Source: Callorhinchus milii
Lineage: Eukaryota
DNA length: 64,000 nucleotides
Assembly (NCBI RefSeq): GCF_018977255.1
Contig: NW_024704743.1
Coordinates: 89,158,001 to 89,222,000, forward strand
Direction: 5' to 3'
The notes under the pieces are model-generated. The model was given only the letters and a program-made list of their open reading frames with translations, did no database searches and was not told the DNA's origin. The position numbers and the translations under genes are program-made. Shown here in pieces: positions 1-13,113 of the stretch. How positions within the stretch are numbered: position 1 is the first letter of the stretch; each line of letters begins with the position of its first letter.

Positions 1-484
1 GCTCGAGGAACAGCACCTCATTTATCTGCTCGGGACCTTAAAGCCCTCTAGCCTCAATATTGATTTAAACAGTTTCAGATTATAACAGCTCACTTTCCCC
101 CTCCCCCTCTTCCATGACCGTTACCACATCATCTGTATCCCAGACACACCTATTCTCTTTCTGGTCTGCCTGTTTTGTTGCAATTTTCCCCCCTTTTGTT
201 TTGCATTATTAACACCTTTTTCCCCCTGTTTTGTTGCAATCCCCCACTTTGTTTTGCATCATTAACACCTCTTTAATCCATCATCCCCTGTCCTTTAGCC
301 CATTTTCTCCTTTGTCTCCCTTGCCCTGCCTCTCCCTCTCTTTTAGTCCTTAAAAGCCCCTTCCTCCCAACATGCCCCAGTTCTGACAAAGGGTTGTGGA
401 CCCGAAACAATGACTCACTTTCCCTTCTCCATAGATGTTGCCTGACCTGTTGAGTGTTCCCAGAGACTTCTGTTTTTGTTTCAG
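1..484 (+). mobile_element. Penelope-like element (PLE), 3' end: GIY-YIG C-terminus plus terminal repeat
   Basis: Frame at start reads LEEQHLIYLLGTLKPSSLNIDLNSFR, a typical vertebrate PLE endonuclease tail. Downstream sequence is near-collinear with the copy at 25255-25760. Hammerhead-like motif at 378-415. Confidence 0.85.
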
Positions 485-639
485 GCTGGATATGAAATCG
501 AGTCCCAGAAGGTAAAGTATCCCTGGAATCACTGATTGTGGTCGTGATACGTGTAATGATGTTGATATAGCTGGAACTCAAAGGCTCACAGCACCAATTA
601 TGCTGTTCACATAAAATTACTTTCGGATGTACCGAGACA

Positions 640-897
640 GCAAAACTAGAGGAAACAAGTTTACAGTTGAAAAGTGCAATTTCAGGATAGATATCAAGAT
701 TTTGCTCTTTACACACAGGGTAATTAATGACTGGAACAGATCACTCGGAAGAGTGGCTGAGGCTGGGATGCTGGGCCTCATTTAAAAAACAGCTTGATGT
801 TGTGTTGGGAGGACAGTAAAGTAAGGTGGATATTCTGGCAGAGAGATAAAATGGGCCAGGGGCCTTCTTCATCTAAACTATTCTTGTGATTTTGTGA
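640..897 (+). mobile_element. CR1 LINE 3' fragment (old)
   Basis: Reads TRGNKFTVEKCNFRIDIK..FTHRVINDWN..FKKQLD, the CR1 ORF2 C-terminal motif, followed by a short 3' UTR. Confidence 0.75.
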
Positions 898-2065
898 ACC
901 AGAGCAGATTGGTTGCTTGGTCTTACCTTCTATGAATTAAAAATAGATATCAAATATGGCTGAATGGTAAAACTCTAACAATGTCTTCCAGACTGCAGTG
1001 AGGTTTTAGTCCTGGAAAAAAATTGCAGAATTGTGACAAATTGTCTGAATCTTTGAGCCTGAAAGTTGATATCAGTGAAAATTGTCAATGTTGAAAGCAA
1101 TATTTTCTGTTGTTTGCCTTCAAAATACAATGTCAATTTACCTCGTAATGAATCCTATGAGGTACTTTGAGACATCCTCCTGATGTCAAAGGCTCTAAAT
1201 CAAATGCAAGGAATATAGGATTATTATTATATTGTAGCTGCCGCAGCAGACAATAAGAGATGGAGAATTACTTGAGAAAATTGTTTACAAGTTTTCAATA
1301 CATTGATACATACAGAGGACCATTATGATAAGATTGATGTGCAAGTTTATGAGACAAAACATAAGAGACATTGGATTATTACCGGTTACAAGGCAAGCAG
1401 TAAAAAATCTGTGACAGATCTAAAATGTTAGTCTCAATTACAAGTTTAGACAAAGGTAAAACAGTTTAAACAAAAAGAATATAATCTGTAGACAACTGAT
1501 TTATTTTTACACAAAGTTTTACAGATGTTTGCAGAGTAGTCAAGCCCACTAAGTCACAATTGAAAAGCCCAAAGGGGAAAAAAAATATTAAATTGAGTTT
1601 TCATTTGAAAGCTGCTTTTTTTAAGAAAAAAATTACTTTCAAATTAATATTAAATATTTTACAATTCTACACAATCTAATTTTTTAAAAGAATAAATGGC
1701 TAAAATTTTCATGTATTTTGTGTACAACTAAAATGCACTGAGACTAAGGGGAAGATTTTGCATGGTCACTAGACACTGATCTTTGTAGTATGAACAACTT
1801 GTATGTTGAAACAACTCAAAGTACCTGACAGATAATTATTTTAATTGTAGTGAATAAGCATTTATAGGCAAATGCAGCAACCATTTTGTTTAAAGTATGA
1901 TTCCACAATTAGTAATTAAACGAAATAAGGAGAACGTTTCTCTAGGAGATTTGGAGAAACTCCCTTCTCTTCTTCAAAATGTGCCATGGGATTGTTAATG
2001 TCCAAGAGAACAGACTGATGGGATCTCAGTTAGATGTCTCATCTGAACAATGGCATTGCCATCAA

Positions 2066-3362
2066 TACAACACCACCACCACCAACAACAAGATTACATT
2101 TGTATAGCACCTTTCACGTCGGGAAGACATTCCAAGGAGCAGTTGGGAGGACGTCCCAAGGTGCTGGACAGAGTACAGCATTTCATACCCGAGCTGGGGT
2201 TATGGGGGGTAGGGTAGGGAAGAGGATGGGGGTGGCCGATGGCATGGTCGAAGAGGAGGGTCTTGAGGCGGGACTTGAAGGAGGCTAAGGAGGGAGCGAG
2301 ACGGAGTGAGTGGTGGATGGAATTCCAGAGGTTGAAGGCAGAGTGGCTGAAGGAAGGCTCTCCCATCAGTGGTGGGTGGGTTGGGGGACGTGGAGCAGGC
2401 TAGAGCCGGCTGAGTGGAGAGAACGGACGAGTTGGTAGAGGTTCAGGAGGTCGCAGAGGTAGGGTGGGGCAAGGCCATGGAGGGCTTTGTATGTGAGGAC
2501 CAGGATCTTGAACTGGATCCTCTGAAGGATAGGGAGCCAATAGAGTCGGGTGAGAATGGGGGAGATGGGGTCACGGAGTTTGGTGCGGGGGAGGACACGG
2601 GCTGCAGAGTTCTGGATTATCTGCAGCCTGTGGAGGGAAGAGTTGTGAAGGCCGACAAGCAGGGCGTTTTCATAGTCGAGCCTAGAGGTGATGAAGGCAT
2701 GAACAAGAGTTTCAGCGGCCTGAGGGGTGAGGTAGTGGGGAGTCGGGCGATTTTACGGAGGTAAGGGAAGGCAGAGAGGGCCATGGCTTGAATGTGGCAG
2801 AGAAAAGACAATTGAGGGTCGAACAAGACACCTAGGTTCCTGACTGGCTTGGTGAGTTGAAGTGTGCAACCATTCAGGTTGTTGCTGCCAGAGCCTGAGG
2901 TTAATCAGGAGGGCCTCAGTCTTGTTCACATTCAACTGTAGAAAATTTGCCCTCATCCAGGACTTGATGTCCGACAGGAAGTCTGTCAGGACAGCAGTGG
3001 TCCTGGAGTTGAGGGTGGAGGCAGAAAGATAGAATTGGGTGTCATAACATAACATGTAGGAGCAGGAGTAGGCCAATCGGCCCTTCGAGCCTAACCCGCC
3101 ATTCAATCATGGCTGGTCTTCTAATCTAACTCCAGCTAATAACCTGACCCTGCCTTATCCCCATATCCCTTAATCCCTTTTGCAATAAGAAATCTATCTC
3201 AGTCTTGAATATGTTCAAGGATTATCCGCATACATGTGGAAGTTGACCCCATGTCTACGGATGATGTCACCAAGGGAGAGCATGTAGATATTAAAGAGGA
3301 CAGGGTCAAGGACAGATCCCTGGGGGATGCCAGATGTGACAGTGCGGGGGCTGGAGGAGAAA
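2066..3362 (-). mobile_element. L2 LINE, 5'-truncated, interrupted by a CR1 tail at ~3046-3223
   Basis: Minus-strand RT C-terminal motifs (LSDIKSWMRANFLQLNVNKTEALL; FKSRLKTLLF) and (TTG)n-type tail. Nearly collinear with the copy at 49970-51590. Confidence 0.92.
3046..3223 (-). mobile_element. CR1-type 3' tail inserted into L2
   Basis: ggagcaggagtaggccaatcggcccttcgagcct is the reverse complement of the CR1-type 3' UTR also seen at 28740-28790. L2 sequence resumes on both sides. Confidence 0.8.
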
Positions 3363-4310
3363 TCGTACAACCCTTACCCAAGCCTTGAACCATATGTATT
3401 TGATCCAGAGGTGACAGTGGTACCTACTGAGCAAAGCATGCAGTTACTAGGACACTAGTAAGTCATGGTGAATAATTATTTGTAGAATTATTTGTTTGAA
3501 GCAGCAAAAGCAAGTCATGGTTAGTACCTATGAGCCTTAATTGAAGTGTCATACCCTTGAAGGCAGGATTCAGGACCACGAAAGTCTACATCAATTAAAC
3601 TGAACGCAGAATCTGGTAGTGACATATCATCGGTAGGTTAATATGTTATGACAGTAAAATACCAAACATAGTAACAGCAACACAGAAGACGTTTCAGGCA
3701 TGAGTATACCATTGGTCTAGCAGTCTACACTTCCACCACCGAAAAGATTCCTTTGACACATCTAACACTCAATCATTTTAAGTTGCAGGAACTTGTCTGG
3801 TTTTGTTTTGAAAACTGTTGCATTCCTTTGTTCCATCTTTGCTGGTAATTTGTTCCAAAAATCTATCCCAATTTTACTAAAAATAAACCTCCTTCACTTA
3901 CAATTAGTTTGTTATTTTTATTATAAAACTGTGACTCCATAGAGACAAAAAGTATTCTTTATTGCTAAGATTTCTTGTTAAGCTCTCTGCCTCTATCCCT
4001 CTGCCTTGTCCTCTGCTTGCCTATCTTCAGATCACATCTGAAGACCTTCATCTTTGACTGTGCCTACAGTCACTTTCACTCTCTCCCAGCTTCGGCTTAA
4101 GTTTCGCCACTGTTAAGTGCTCCAAGACTCTACTGGGTGAAGGGTGAAATGCAAGTTGTTGTTGTTATTGAACTTGTATGAATACTTGGGAATGGGAAGA
4201 AACATCGAGCAATTCATGAAAAAAAAAGTTGACCATACCTGTTGCTGAGAAGCCTATGCGAAAGGGAGCCACAGACCAACCTCAGCATCATTGTCATGAA
4301 TAAAAATACA

Positions 4311-4710
4311 TAATCCTTGCATTTGATTTAGCAACTTTCATGTCAGGAGGATGTCTCCAAATACTTTGCAGGATTTACTGTGAAGTGTAGTGACTGTAAT
4401 TTTGTAGGTGAATGTTGCAGTCACTTCATACCTAGCAATATCCCACAAACAGACATGAAGTGAATGACCAAATTTTGTCTGACGGATTGTTAGCTAGGAC
4501 AACAGTTGAAACTCCCTTTTCTTTACAAATAGTGCATGATTTAACATCCACCTGACCAGATAGATAAGACCTCATCTTTAATGTCTCATTTGAAGGATGA
4601 CAGCTTCAACAATGCAATGAGTGTCAGCCTGGATTGTGAGTTCAAAGTCTTATTGTGGGGCTTGAATTTACCACGTTCTGACTCAGAGACAAGAGTGCTA
4701 CCAACTGAAA
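4311..4710 (-). mobile_element. Older Deu-domain SINE (SacSINE1/AmnSINE1-like), near full length
   Basis: tRNA-like head remnant (ttctgactcagagacaagagtgctaccaactga), Deu-like core (gcaatatcccacaaacag) and L2-like tail. Related decayed copies at ~1860-2060, 8940-9330, 11070-11350, 13420-13670, 16980-17345, 37105-37260, 38635-38996, 41330-41540, 56710-56975. Confidence 0.75.
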
Positions 4711-4750
4711 TAGAAACAGAAGTCACTGGGATCATTCACACAACAAAAGT

Positions 4751-5078
4751 GTGGAGTCCTGTAGCTCAGTGATTAGAGCACTCGCCTTGCAAGTGAGACA
4801 CCTGGCTTCAATTCCAGGCAGAATGAAACCTTGGGCAAGTTTCCTTACTCCACACACCTAATAATAAACCCTCCAAAAAACAAAACAATAATAAATTGAT
4901 CATTTTCAATCAACTACTGTTTGTGGGACACTGCTGTGCACAATTGGTTGCTGCGTTTCGCTAACAAATATACAGTTAATTCACTTTACAGTCTATTCTG
5001 TGAAGCGCTTTAAGACACCTAGAAGATGTGAAAAGCATTATATCAAATGCAAGGACTATTATATTATTATTATATTAT
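4751..5078 (+). mobile_element. tRNA(Ala)-derived Deu-domain SINE, short subfamily
   Basis: Head ggagtcctgtagctcagtg..ttgcaa..ttcaattcc, core tgtttgtgggacactgctgtgcacaattgg, L2-like tail ending (TTA)n. Confidence 0.9.
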
Positions 5079-5530
5079 AAAACACAAAATACTGCAGATG
5101 CTGGAAATCTGAAACAAAAACGGAGAGAGCTGGGAAAACTCAGCAGGTCAGGCAGCAGCTATGGAGAAAGGAAAGTGAGTCAATATTTTGGGTCCACGAC
5201 CCTTTGTCAGAACTGGGGCATGTTGGGAGGGAGAGGCCTTTAGGGACAAGCTGAGAGGGGGAGGCAAGATAAGGAAGACAAAAGAGAGAATGTGTTAGTT
5301 GATGGGTTAAAGAGGTGATAGTGATGTAAAACAAAAGGGGGGGGGGTTGAAACAAATCTAGGGAGGTGTTGGGATCACTCAACAGGTTAGAACTCAGTTC
5401 TGACGAAAGGTCATCATCCGAAAACATTAACTTAGTTTCCTCTCTCTATAGATGCTGTCTGACCTGCTGAATATTCCTAGTAACTTTTGTTTTTATTTCA
5501 GATTTATAGGAAATGCAGTATTTTGCCTTT
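5079..5530. mobile_element. Two Penelope terminal-repeat segments in inverted orientation
   Basis: ~5079-5350 is the reverse complement of the PLE terminal region. ~5390-5530 is a plus-strand, diverged terminal segment starting at the hammerhead-like motif. Confidence 0.8.
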
Positions 5531-8500
5531 TGTGCTACCAACTGAGATGGGCTGACAATTTATTTAGTATTATAATTTGTTTCAAGGTCTTTTTTTCGGT
5601 TTGGAGAGCAAAACAACAAAGTCTCAGACAATATATTACCCGTACGGTAAATGAATCCTTAAGATAAACTAAAAGCAGAATTGAAACGCATGGAATTATT
5701 TGGTCTAATTACAAAAGTTGATGAGCTCATTAAATCAGTTAACTCCCTTAGTGATTGTGAACAAACCAAATAGAGAGAGATATGTGTGTGTTTTGATCTT
5801 TGCAATCTGAATAAGGCTTTACAGAGAGTCCACAATCAATTGCAAGCATGAGAAGAACTTATATCGGAGTTTGCTGGAACTAAAATCCTTTCGAAATTCG
5901 GTATTCAGTGAACATTAGCTTTTGTAAAACAAGTTGATGCATTTAATCCACCCTTTGAATGCTATAGTGATAAATCCCTTCACCGTATTATCGTTCTGAT
6001 CTTCTCCTATCCAATTCCTCTGCTCACCCACTCTGCTAAGCTAACACAGGCCTGTGCCTCTGTTGACCCCTCCACCCCACCATTTGGAATTCATTAACAA
6101 CGTTCATTACTTTGTCCCTAACCTCCCTTTACTCCTTCATCTCGACCCCTGCCCCTCATCTGACTTTAAATCCTGCCATAAAATCTACTTCTTCAACTGT
6201 GCCTCTACTAACCTTTCCCTTCTTCCCTCCTTCTCTCCCTTATCTCCTACTCGGCATCTGACCCAGTCATTGCGTAGCACACTGAAATGTTATCCTATAT
6301 GAAAGTTGCTATATAACTATCAAGTGCCAGACTTACTAAGTTGTTACTGTTGATCCTTATCTTTCATTCGAAATCTCTGGGCCACCTATAATGTATTATT
6401 CATTTGTTATTTATAGACATGATTGTTAGGGGATACAATCAGCAAGAACATGATATCAGACTTGGATGAATGTCAGATAATGACATTCAGTAAATTCAGT
6501 GTGAAAGAATTCATTTCAATAGGATCTTCCTCAAATATGAACAACCAGAATTTGGTTGTAGGATAACATCAGAGAGAGCTTAACAATGCTGGGATCATTC
6601 GCTGAGCAATGGAGAAGGCATAGGTAGGTTTTAAAGTGGGATTTACAATTGGCACATTTTAGAATCTCTTGTCACTGATAAGAAATAAGTAATTTAATAA
6701 GCTGTTTGATACCCGCACTTGAGTTTTATGTGTTTGGGTTTCTTTCCAATTTAACCATGTATCTGGCCCCAAGGAAGTTGGCCAGAGATTCCTACACAAT
6801 AATTGAATGTCAATGTCTAGTTCCACAATAGGACCTGGATGATGATTCAGCAAGGTCTCCCATATTTATGCAATCAAATTTTAATCAGTGCAAGCACAGT
6901 TTGCCAAGAAATCTGATCTATAAGAATTTATAAAAATGCTTACATAAACATTATGTAAGATTTAAGGTAACATTTGCACCTCAGCCTATTTAGCTGGTCT
7001 GGCAATAATCAGACTCTTGTCTTCAGGTTTATTAATAATCCCTGAATAATAACCCTTGCATTTGATAAAGCGCCTTATCACACTAAAAAAAATCTCAAAG
7101 CCCTTCGCACTTGTTTCTAAAGTGTTGTGACTGTATTTGTAGGTGAACAAAGCAGCCAATTTGTGGACACAGCAGTGTCTTTAATAGGTCAAATCTCAAG
7201 GAAATTTGACCATAAATTGGCAATTCATTCTGTAGATTATTGGTGAAACCACATCTGAAATAATATGGCTTCCTACTTTCAAAGGATATTGATGTGTTGA
7301 AAAAGGTTCAGACAAAAGCATAGTTGAAGAACAAAGTTACGACGAACAATTTTCATCAGAGAAGATTGTAGAGAATAAATGTAAGGAGACTACTGTAGGC
7401 AAATTTGGATGCAAATTTAAATTGATAAATGTTGTGATGGTGCCAGAAGATATTTTCTTTTGTAAAACATTTGGAACAGATTCACCTTCTCTCTCGCTCC
7501 CACCCTAAAAAATATTGCTGTGTCGGATAGCTTCAGAGTTATCTGTTTGGGAATCTGATTAGAAGTTATGAGCACAGATATTGACTTAGTTGTTAAACTA
7601 AGTCAATATAAGGGTTGCGGAAAGTTGCTTATAGAGCATAACTAAACAAGATTGAATGAAAAAGATATTAGAATGGGTGACTATTTAATAATAATAATTA
7701 ATAATCCTGCTATTTGATGTAATGTCTTGCCATGCTGGTTAATATTTCAAATTGCTTCACAGGATTTTACTGTACAATCAGTGCACAAATTGGCTGCCAT
7801 GTTTGCCTACAAATTATGCACTGCACGTTAAATCCTGTGAATCACAATATTTTGTAATCTGGTGGCTACGCTTTTGTGCATGTTTCTGTCAGCAGATTAA
7901 ATGAGGGCGATAGTATCCATAGTGTGGTAAATTGTACACAGTCTGTGAAAAGAGAGCATTAGATGGTTCACTTTGCTTTCATTATTTTTCTATTGATAGA
8001 GAACAGAAATCCGAAAACAAAACATCATGTGACACCCCGAACTATGTCCTTCAACAGAAAATGCACAAATTACTCTATTGAGGATAGGAAACTAGATATA
8101 TACTTAAAATAAATCCCTGCTCGGGTCCTGACCCAACTGTCCAGCGCCTTGGGACGTCCTCCCGACGTGAAAGGCGCTCTATAAATGAAATCATGTTGTT
8201 GTTGTTGTAAAAAGGAGTAAGTTACAAGGGTATGGGGAAAGGGCAATTAAATGGGAATTAAAGGATTGCTCTTAAAAGAGTTGGCACAGACACGATTGGC
8301 TGAATGGCTATCTTCTCTGTTGTACATTTCTATGTCTCTATGGTTCTATAAAGATCTACGATAGATCAACATTATGAGATGTAAGGTTACATAACTATTC
8401 TGGATTTTTGGTTGTATCTTTGAACTTAGAAATAAGTTTCGCAGGACCTTTCCTCAGGATATGAAATGAGTTGGCTGAGTCTTCAATTGAGGAATTTATG

Positions 8501-8939
8501 CATTATCTGTGGAAGGACAGAGCTTGGGGTGCCAAATGACCTTGTTTTCTAATTTCTTGTACTTCTGATGGTTTTGTATTCTCCGTGGATTTGCATTGCG
8601 CTTAATTTGGGTTTGTTCCTACCTAAATCCAATCCATTCGGCCACGCCTAGTTCGGGTGCCCAGCCAGTAGTATCAAGGACTTTGAGATGTCCTCATGAC
8701 TTGAAAGTCGCTATAAAAATGTAAATCATATGGTGTAGACAATTTTGTACACCCTAGCATTATGAAACTTATTTGCGTGTTAAAAGTTTAGTTTGTGAAT
8801 TTTTGTCACTTCCCAATCTTATCCTGTTGCCCCCAATGAAAAATTGGTTTAACAAGACAGCAGCTCCTTTATTGAAAGGTTTTCTTGACAATGTAATTAT
8901 TCTTATTACTGAATAATTGTAACTAATAGAATATTCTTG

Positions 8940-9330
8940 CATCTGAGCTGGAAGATTGTGGTTTTAAGTCCCACTTCAGGACTCTGAACTCACATAGTCC
9001 AGGGGCTGATACCAAAGTGCAGTGCAGGAGGGAAGTATGTTATAATGCTATCCTTCAGATGAGACATTAACCAGAGTTCTGTCTGCCTGTTCAGGTGGAT
9101 GTTATAGATCCCATGGCGCTATTCAAAAAGGGAGGGGAATTTCTCCCAATGTCCAAGCCAACAATTCCCAGATAAAAGTTGATCATTCACTCCATGGTAT
9201 GTGTGGGACATTGCAGTGCACAAATTGACTGCCATATTTCCTACAAATTATGCACTGCACATTAAATCCTGTGAATCACTTTGAGACATCCTCCAGATGT
9301 GAAAGATGTTGTATCAAACACAAGGATTAA
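8940..9330 (+). mobile_element. Older Deu-domain SINE
   Basis: Degenerate head, gtgggacattgcagtgcacaaattgactgcc core, gagacatcctccagatgtgaaag tail. Confidence 0.75.
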
Positions 9331-10389
9331 TATAATTCTTCTATATAGTTTATATAGAAAGTAACACAATAAATAGGCTTTAATGATTGCTGATGGTTAA
9401 TAATAATTCCTCTACCCCTTGTTCTTTGGGATTTATACAGCTTAATGAAGCTGTAAAGACACAACAACAAATTACATTTGTGTAGTGGAAGACATCCCAA
9501 GATATGTCCCAAGACCATTTGAATGAAATTTATACATAAACTTGGTGCTGTATGTAAGATGCACAAACATAATTTCGCAATGTTGTTGTAGTTACCCATT
9601 ATGTGAAAGTTACAAGATGACAAAAATGCAAGTATTACATTCAAACATTGTTTAACCAACCAGTAATCAAACATCATCTCGCTATGATTTTTCAAAGCTG
9701 CTGCAACACTAATTTGTGCTACTTAGATGTACAGATATTTTATTAAATTGTCATTACAAAAAAATCAACATAGTTAGAATGGTATTAACAATGAACATTT
9801 CGGAAGTACATTTTAAAAAAAATCTTATTTATTTACATGCTGTTAATTTTCATTTCATTATATCTGGAGCATATTTGTGCATCAATCCATGAATCAGATC
9901 AAAGTCACTTTGAATAGTAGGCTGTTGCTGGCAAAGACTGAAATTCTGTTGGCATAAAAGCAAAGCTGTGCGCATGCAGAAAGGCCTGATAATCTGTGCC
10001 GTAAGCAATGGATTCATGGGGCAGACCTCCCACCTAATCTGAGAAGAAACAATGTGAATACCCTAGGGTGGTCAGTGCTAACAGATGGACAATCTCACTG
10101 AGAACAGATTGCACAAGAGGTAAGAGGTGCATTGCAATGTCACATCACGCAAGCTAGAAAATCATATACCAGGCAACTGAAGAGAAGTTGTTTTTCATCG
10201 TATTTTCCATGCACCACTTTTTCCTTTTCATAAAAGATCTTTCATCTGTATATTCATCTCCATTTTGATTCTTTTAATCTTTTGTTGACAATTGACTTGT
10301 GGAGTGGAAGAGAGCAGCTTTTAGATTCCCGTTAATCTGCTTCGGGTTGAAATACAATATTTACAGACAATATCACAACATATCGAGGA

Positions 10390-10766
10390 GTGAAGTCCTA
10401 CAGCTTAGTGTTTAGAGCACTCACCTCACAAGCAAGAGGGATTGGGTTCAATTCCCGGCAGGGTGAAACATTGGGCAACTTTCCTTACTCCGCACACCTC
10501 TGTTCACCTAGCAGTAAGTAGGAACCTTGCTGTTAGTTGATTGGCAGATCGCTTTTCCAGGGATAATATTGCCTAAAAAAAAATTAATAATAATTTGGTC
10601 ATTCAATCTATGGCTGTTTGTGGATCACTGCTGTGTGCAATTGGCTGCCGCATTTCGCCCACAAAAAATGCAGTCAATTCACGTTACAGTATATTCTGTG
10701 AAGCGCTTTGAGGCATCTCAAAGACGTGATGAGGCACTAAATCAAATGCAAGGATTATTATTATTA
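10390..10766 (+). mobile_element. tRNA(Ala)-derived Deu SINE, long subfamily
   Basis: Same head, core and tail as 4751-5078, plus an extra ~55 bp block (tctgttcacctagcagtaagtaggaacc..gatcgcttttccaggg). Confidence 0.9.
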
Positions 10767-11394
10767 GAATTTGCTGTGTTGCTGCTTTATATCGGCCTTT
10801 TATTTAAGGAGTAACATTACATTTATTTGTGTGCTAAAAGGCTAAGTGCACTATTGATATTTTGTTAAAATAAAAAATTGTTAGAATGTTTGTGAGAGAG
10901 AGTGAGTGAGTGAAAAGGCTGCTCAGCCTGTTGTCTACATAGAACGAATGTGGTTGAGAGCCAACCAACCACAGATTGTGTTCCTTCCTGAACGATAATT
11001 GAGCAAACCTCCCTTAACACCCATCTACTCAGCTCTGATTGGTAACTCACCCATTGTCCCGTCCTTTGGATAAGACAATAAACTACGGACCCATCTGTCT
11101 GTTCAAGTGGACATTAAAGATCCTATGGACCCACTCAAAAAGCATAAGGAGTTTCTCCTGATGTCTTGGCCAACAATCTCCCACACAAAAAACAGTCATA
11201 CATTTCATGGTTGTTTGTGGGACAATTGCTGTGTACAATTGGGCTGCTCCATTTGTAAGTACAGTCACTCTACTGCACAGTGAAATTTTGTGAAGCACCT
11301 TGAGACATCCTTCTGACGTGAAAAGCACTACACCAAGGATATTATTATTAAGTGCAATACAATTTACATTTTATGTATAGCGCCTTTCAGGTCA

Positions 11395-13113
11395 ACAACA
11401 ACAACTACTTGCATTTATATAGTGCCCTCCAAGCCGCACGGCGTCCCAGAGCGCTAGCAATGCTGGAGCCCGATGCCGAGCCAGAGGGAGGGGGAAGGTG
11501 ACCATAGGCACAGTTGAAGAGGTAGGTTTTCAGGCGCAACCTGAAAATGGGGAAAGAAGGGGCAAGCCGAAATGACTGAGGGAGGGAGTGCCATAGTTTC
11601 AGGGTGTAGTGGCTGAAGGCATGGCTGCCAATGGTGAAGCAGAGGATTTGAGGGACAAGGAGGAGGCCAGAGCCAGTAGAGCAGAGGCAGCGGATAGTGC
11701 TGTGAGAAGAGAGGAGGTTAGAGAGATGGGGCGTGCGAAGGAATGGAGGGATTTAAACACTGGAGTAAAGATCTTGAAGTCGATCTGCTCTGTGACAGAG
11801 AGCCAGTGGAGTTTGGCAAGGGATGGAGTAATCGCGATGCGGAATTTAGTGCAAGTGAGAATCCGGGCGGCGGAATTTGGATCAGTTGAATTTTGTGAGT
11901 AGGTGATGGACAAAGGTTTCGGGAGTTTTTGGGGTGAAGTACTGTTGGAGATGGGCAATGTGGCGGAGGTACAGGAAAGCAGTCCTAGTCAGGGACCGGA
12001 TCTGGGTAATGAAGGATAACTGGGGATTGAACCTACTGCCTAAATTGCACGCGGATTCAGAGAGATTTAAGGACAGATTGGGTAGGTTGATGAGATCAGT
12101 ACCACTGGACAGAAGACTTTGATGGGAGCCAAAGAGTATGGGTTCTGTCTTGTTGAAATTTAACTGCAAGAAATTTGTGCTCATCCAGGCCTTGATGTCT
12201 GTCAAGACAAGTTGACAGAACATCAGAGGACTGTGGGTTGCATCTGGAGAAGCAGAAGTAGAGTTGAGTGTCAGACATGTGGAAGTTAACCCCGTGTCTG
12301 TGGACGACATCACTGAGAGGGAGCATATAGATGAGGAAGTGAAGGGGAAGTCTTGGGGTACCCTGCAGCTGACCAGGCAGGGGGCGAGAAAAAAAGCCAT
12401 TTGCGGAAATGTAGTGCTGGCAGTTTGTGAGGTAGAACTTGAACCAAGTGAGTGCAGTCCCACTGATGTGGATGATGGAGGAGAGACAGTGGAGGAGGAT
12501 GGCGTGATTGACTGTATCGAATGTGGCGGAGAGGTCCAGGAGGACGAGGAAGCAGAGGGAGCCCTGGTCACAGGGAGGACATCATTTGTGACTTTTACGA
12601 GTGCTGTCTCTGTACTGTGGGCAGGGCGGAAACTGGACTGGAAGGGTTTGAGTAGGATGTGGAGGTAGAGGTGTGCACGAAGTTGGTTTGCCAGAGGGAG
12701 AGGAGGTCTGAGGATAGGAGGGCATTTGTTAGTATCTCGGGTGGGGGGAACCTTTTCCATGGGTGTAAAACGATGGTGCAGTATTTAATGGAGGGGAGAG
12801 GGATGCGAGAGGAGAGTGAGATGAGGAAATGGTCTAAGATGGCCTAATCCGTGATGGACAGACTGGAGATATCTAAGCCATGGGTGATAACGAGGTCTAG
12901 GGGAATGGCCAGGTTTGTGGGTCGAGGAGTTCATATGGAGGGTGGGATTTAGGGTGGAGAGGAGTGCAGTGAAGTCAGAGGAAGTGGGGCAGGAGAAGTT
13001 GAGATGAAGGTTGAAGTCATCGATGATGAGCAGGCATTCAGTGCAAAGGGACAGGGATGAGAGGAGAGAGGAGATGTCTGTGAGGAAGGAGCCAGGAGGT
13101 TTGGGGGGAAGCA
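11395..13113 (-). mobile_element. L2 LINE (second subfamily), internally deleted, with endonuclease and RT remnants
   Basis: APE motifs (LLIIDDFNLHLN; AISDHF-like) at ~12790-13110. RT motifs PFQSSFRPAHSTETALVKVTND, LTDIKAWMSTNFLQLN, LHWLSV. (TTG)n tail. Confidence 0.9.

Noticed and set aside
11882..12760. 292-aa ORF and other RT/endonuclease-like ORFs as host genes
   Set aside because: Frameshifted fragments of L2/CR1/PLE copies.
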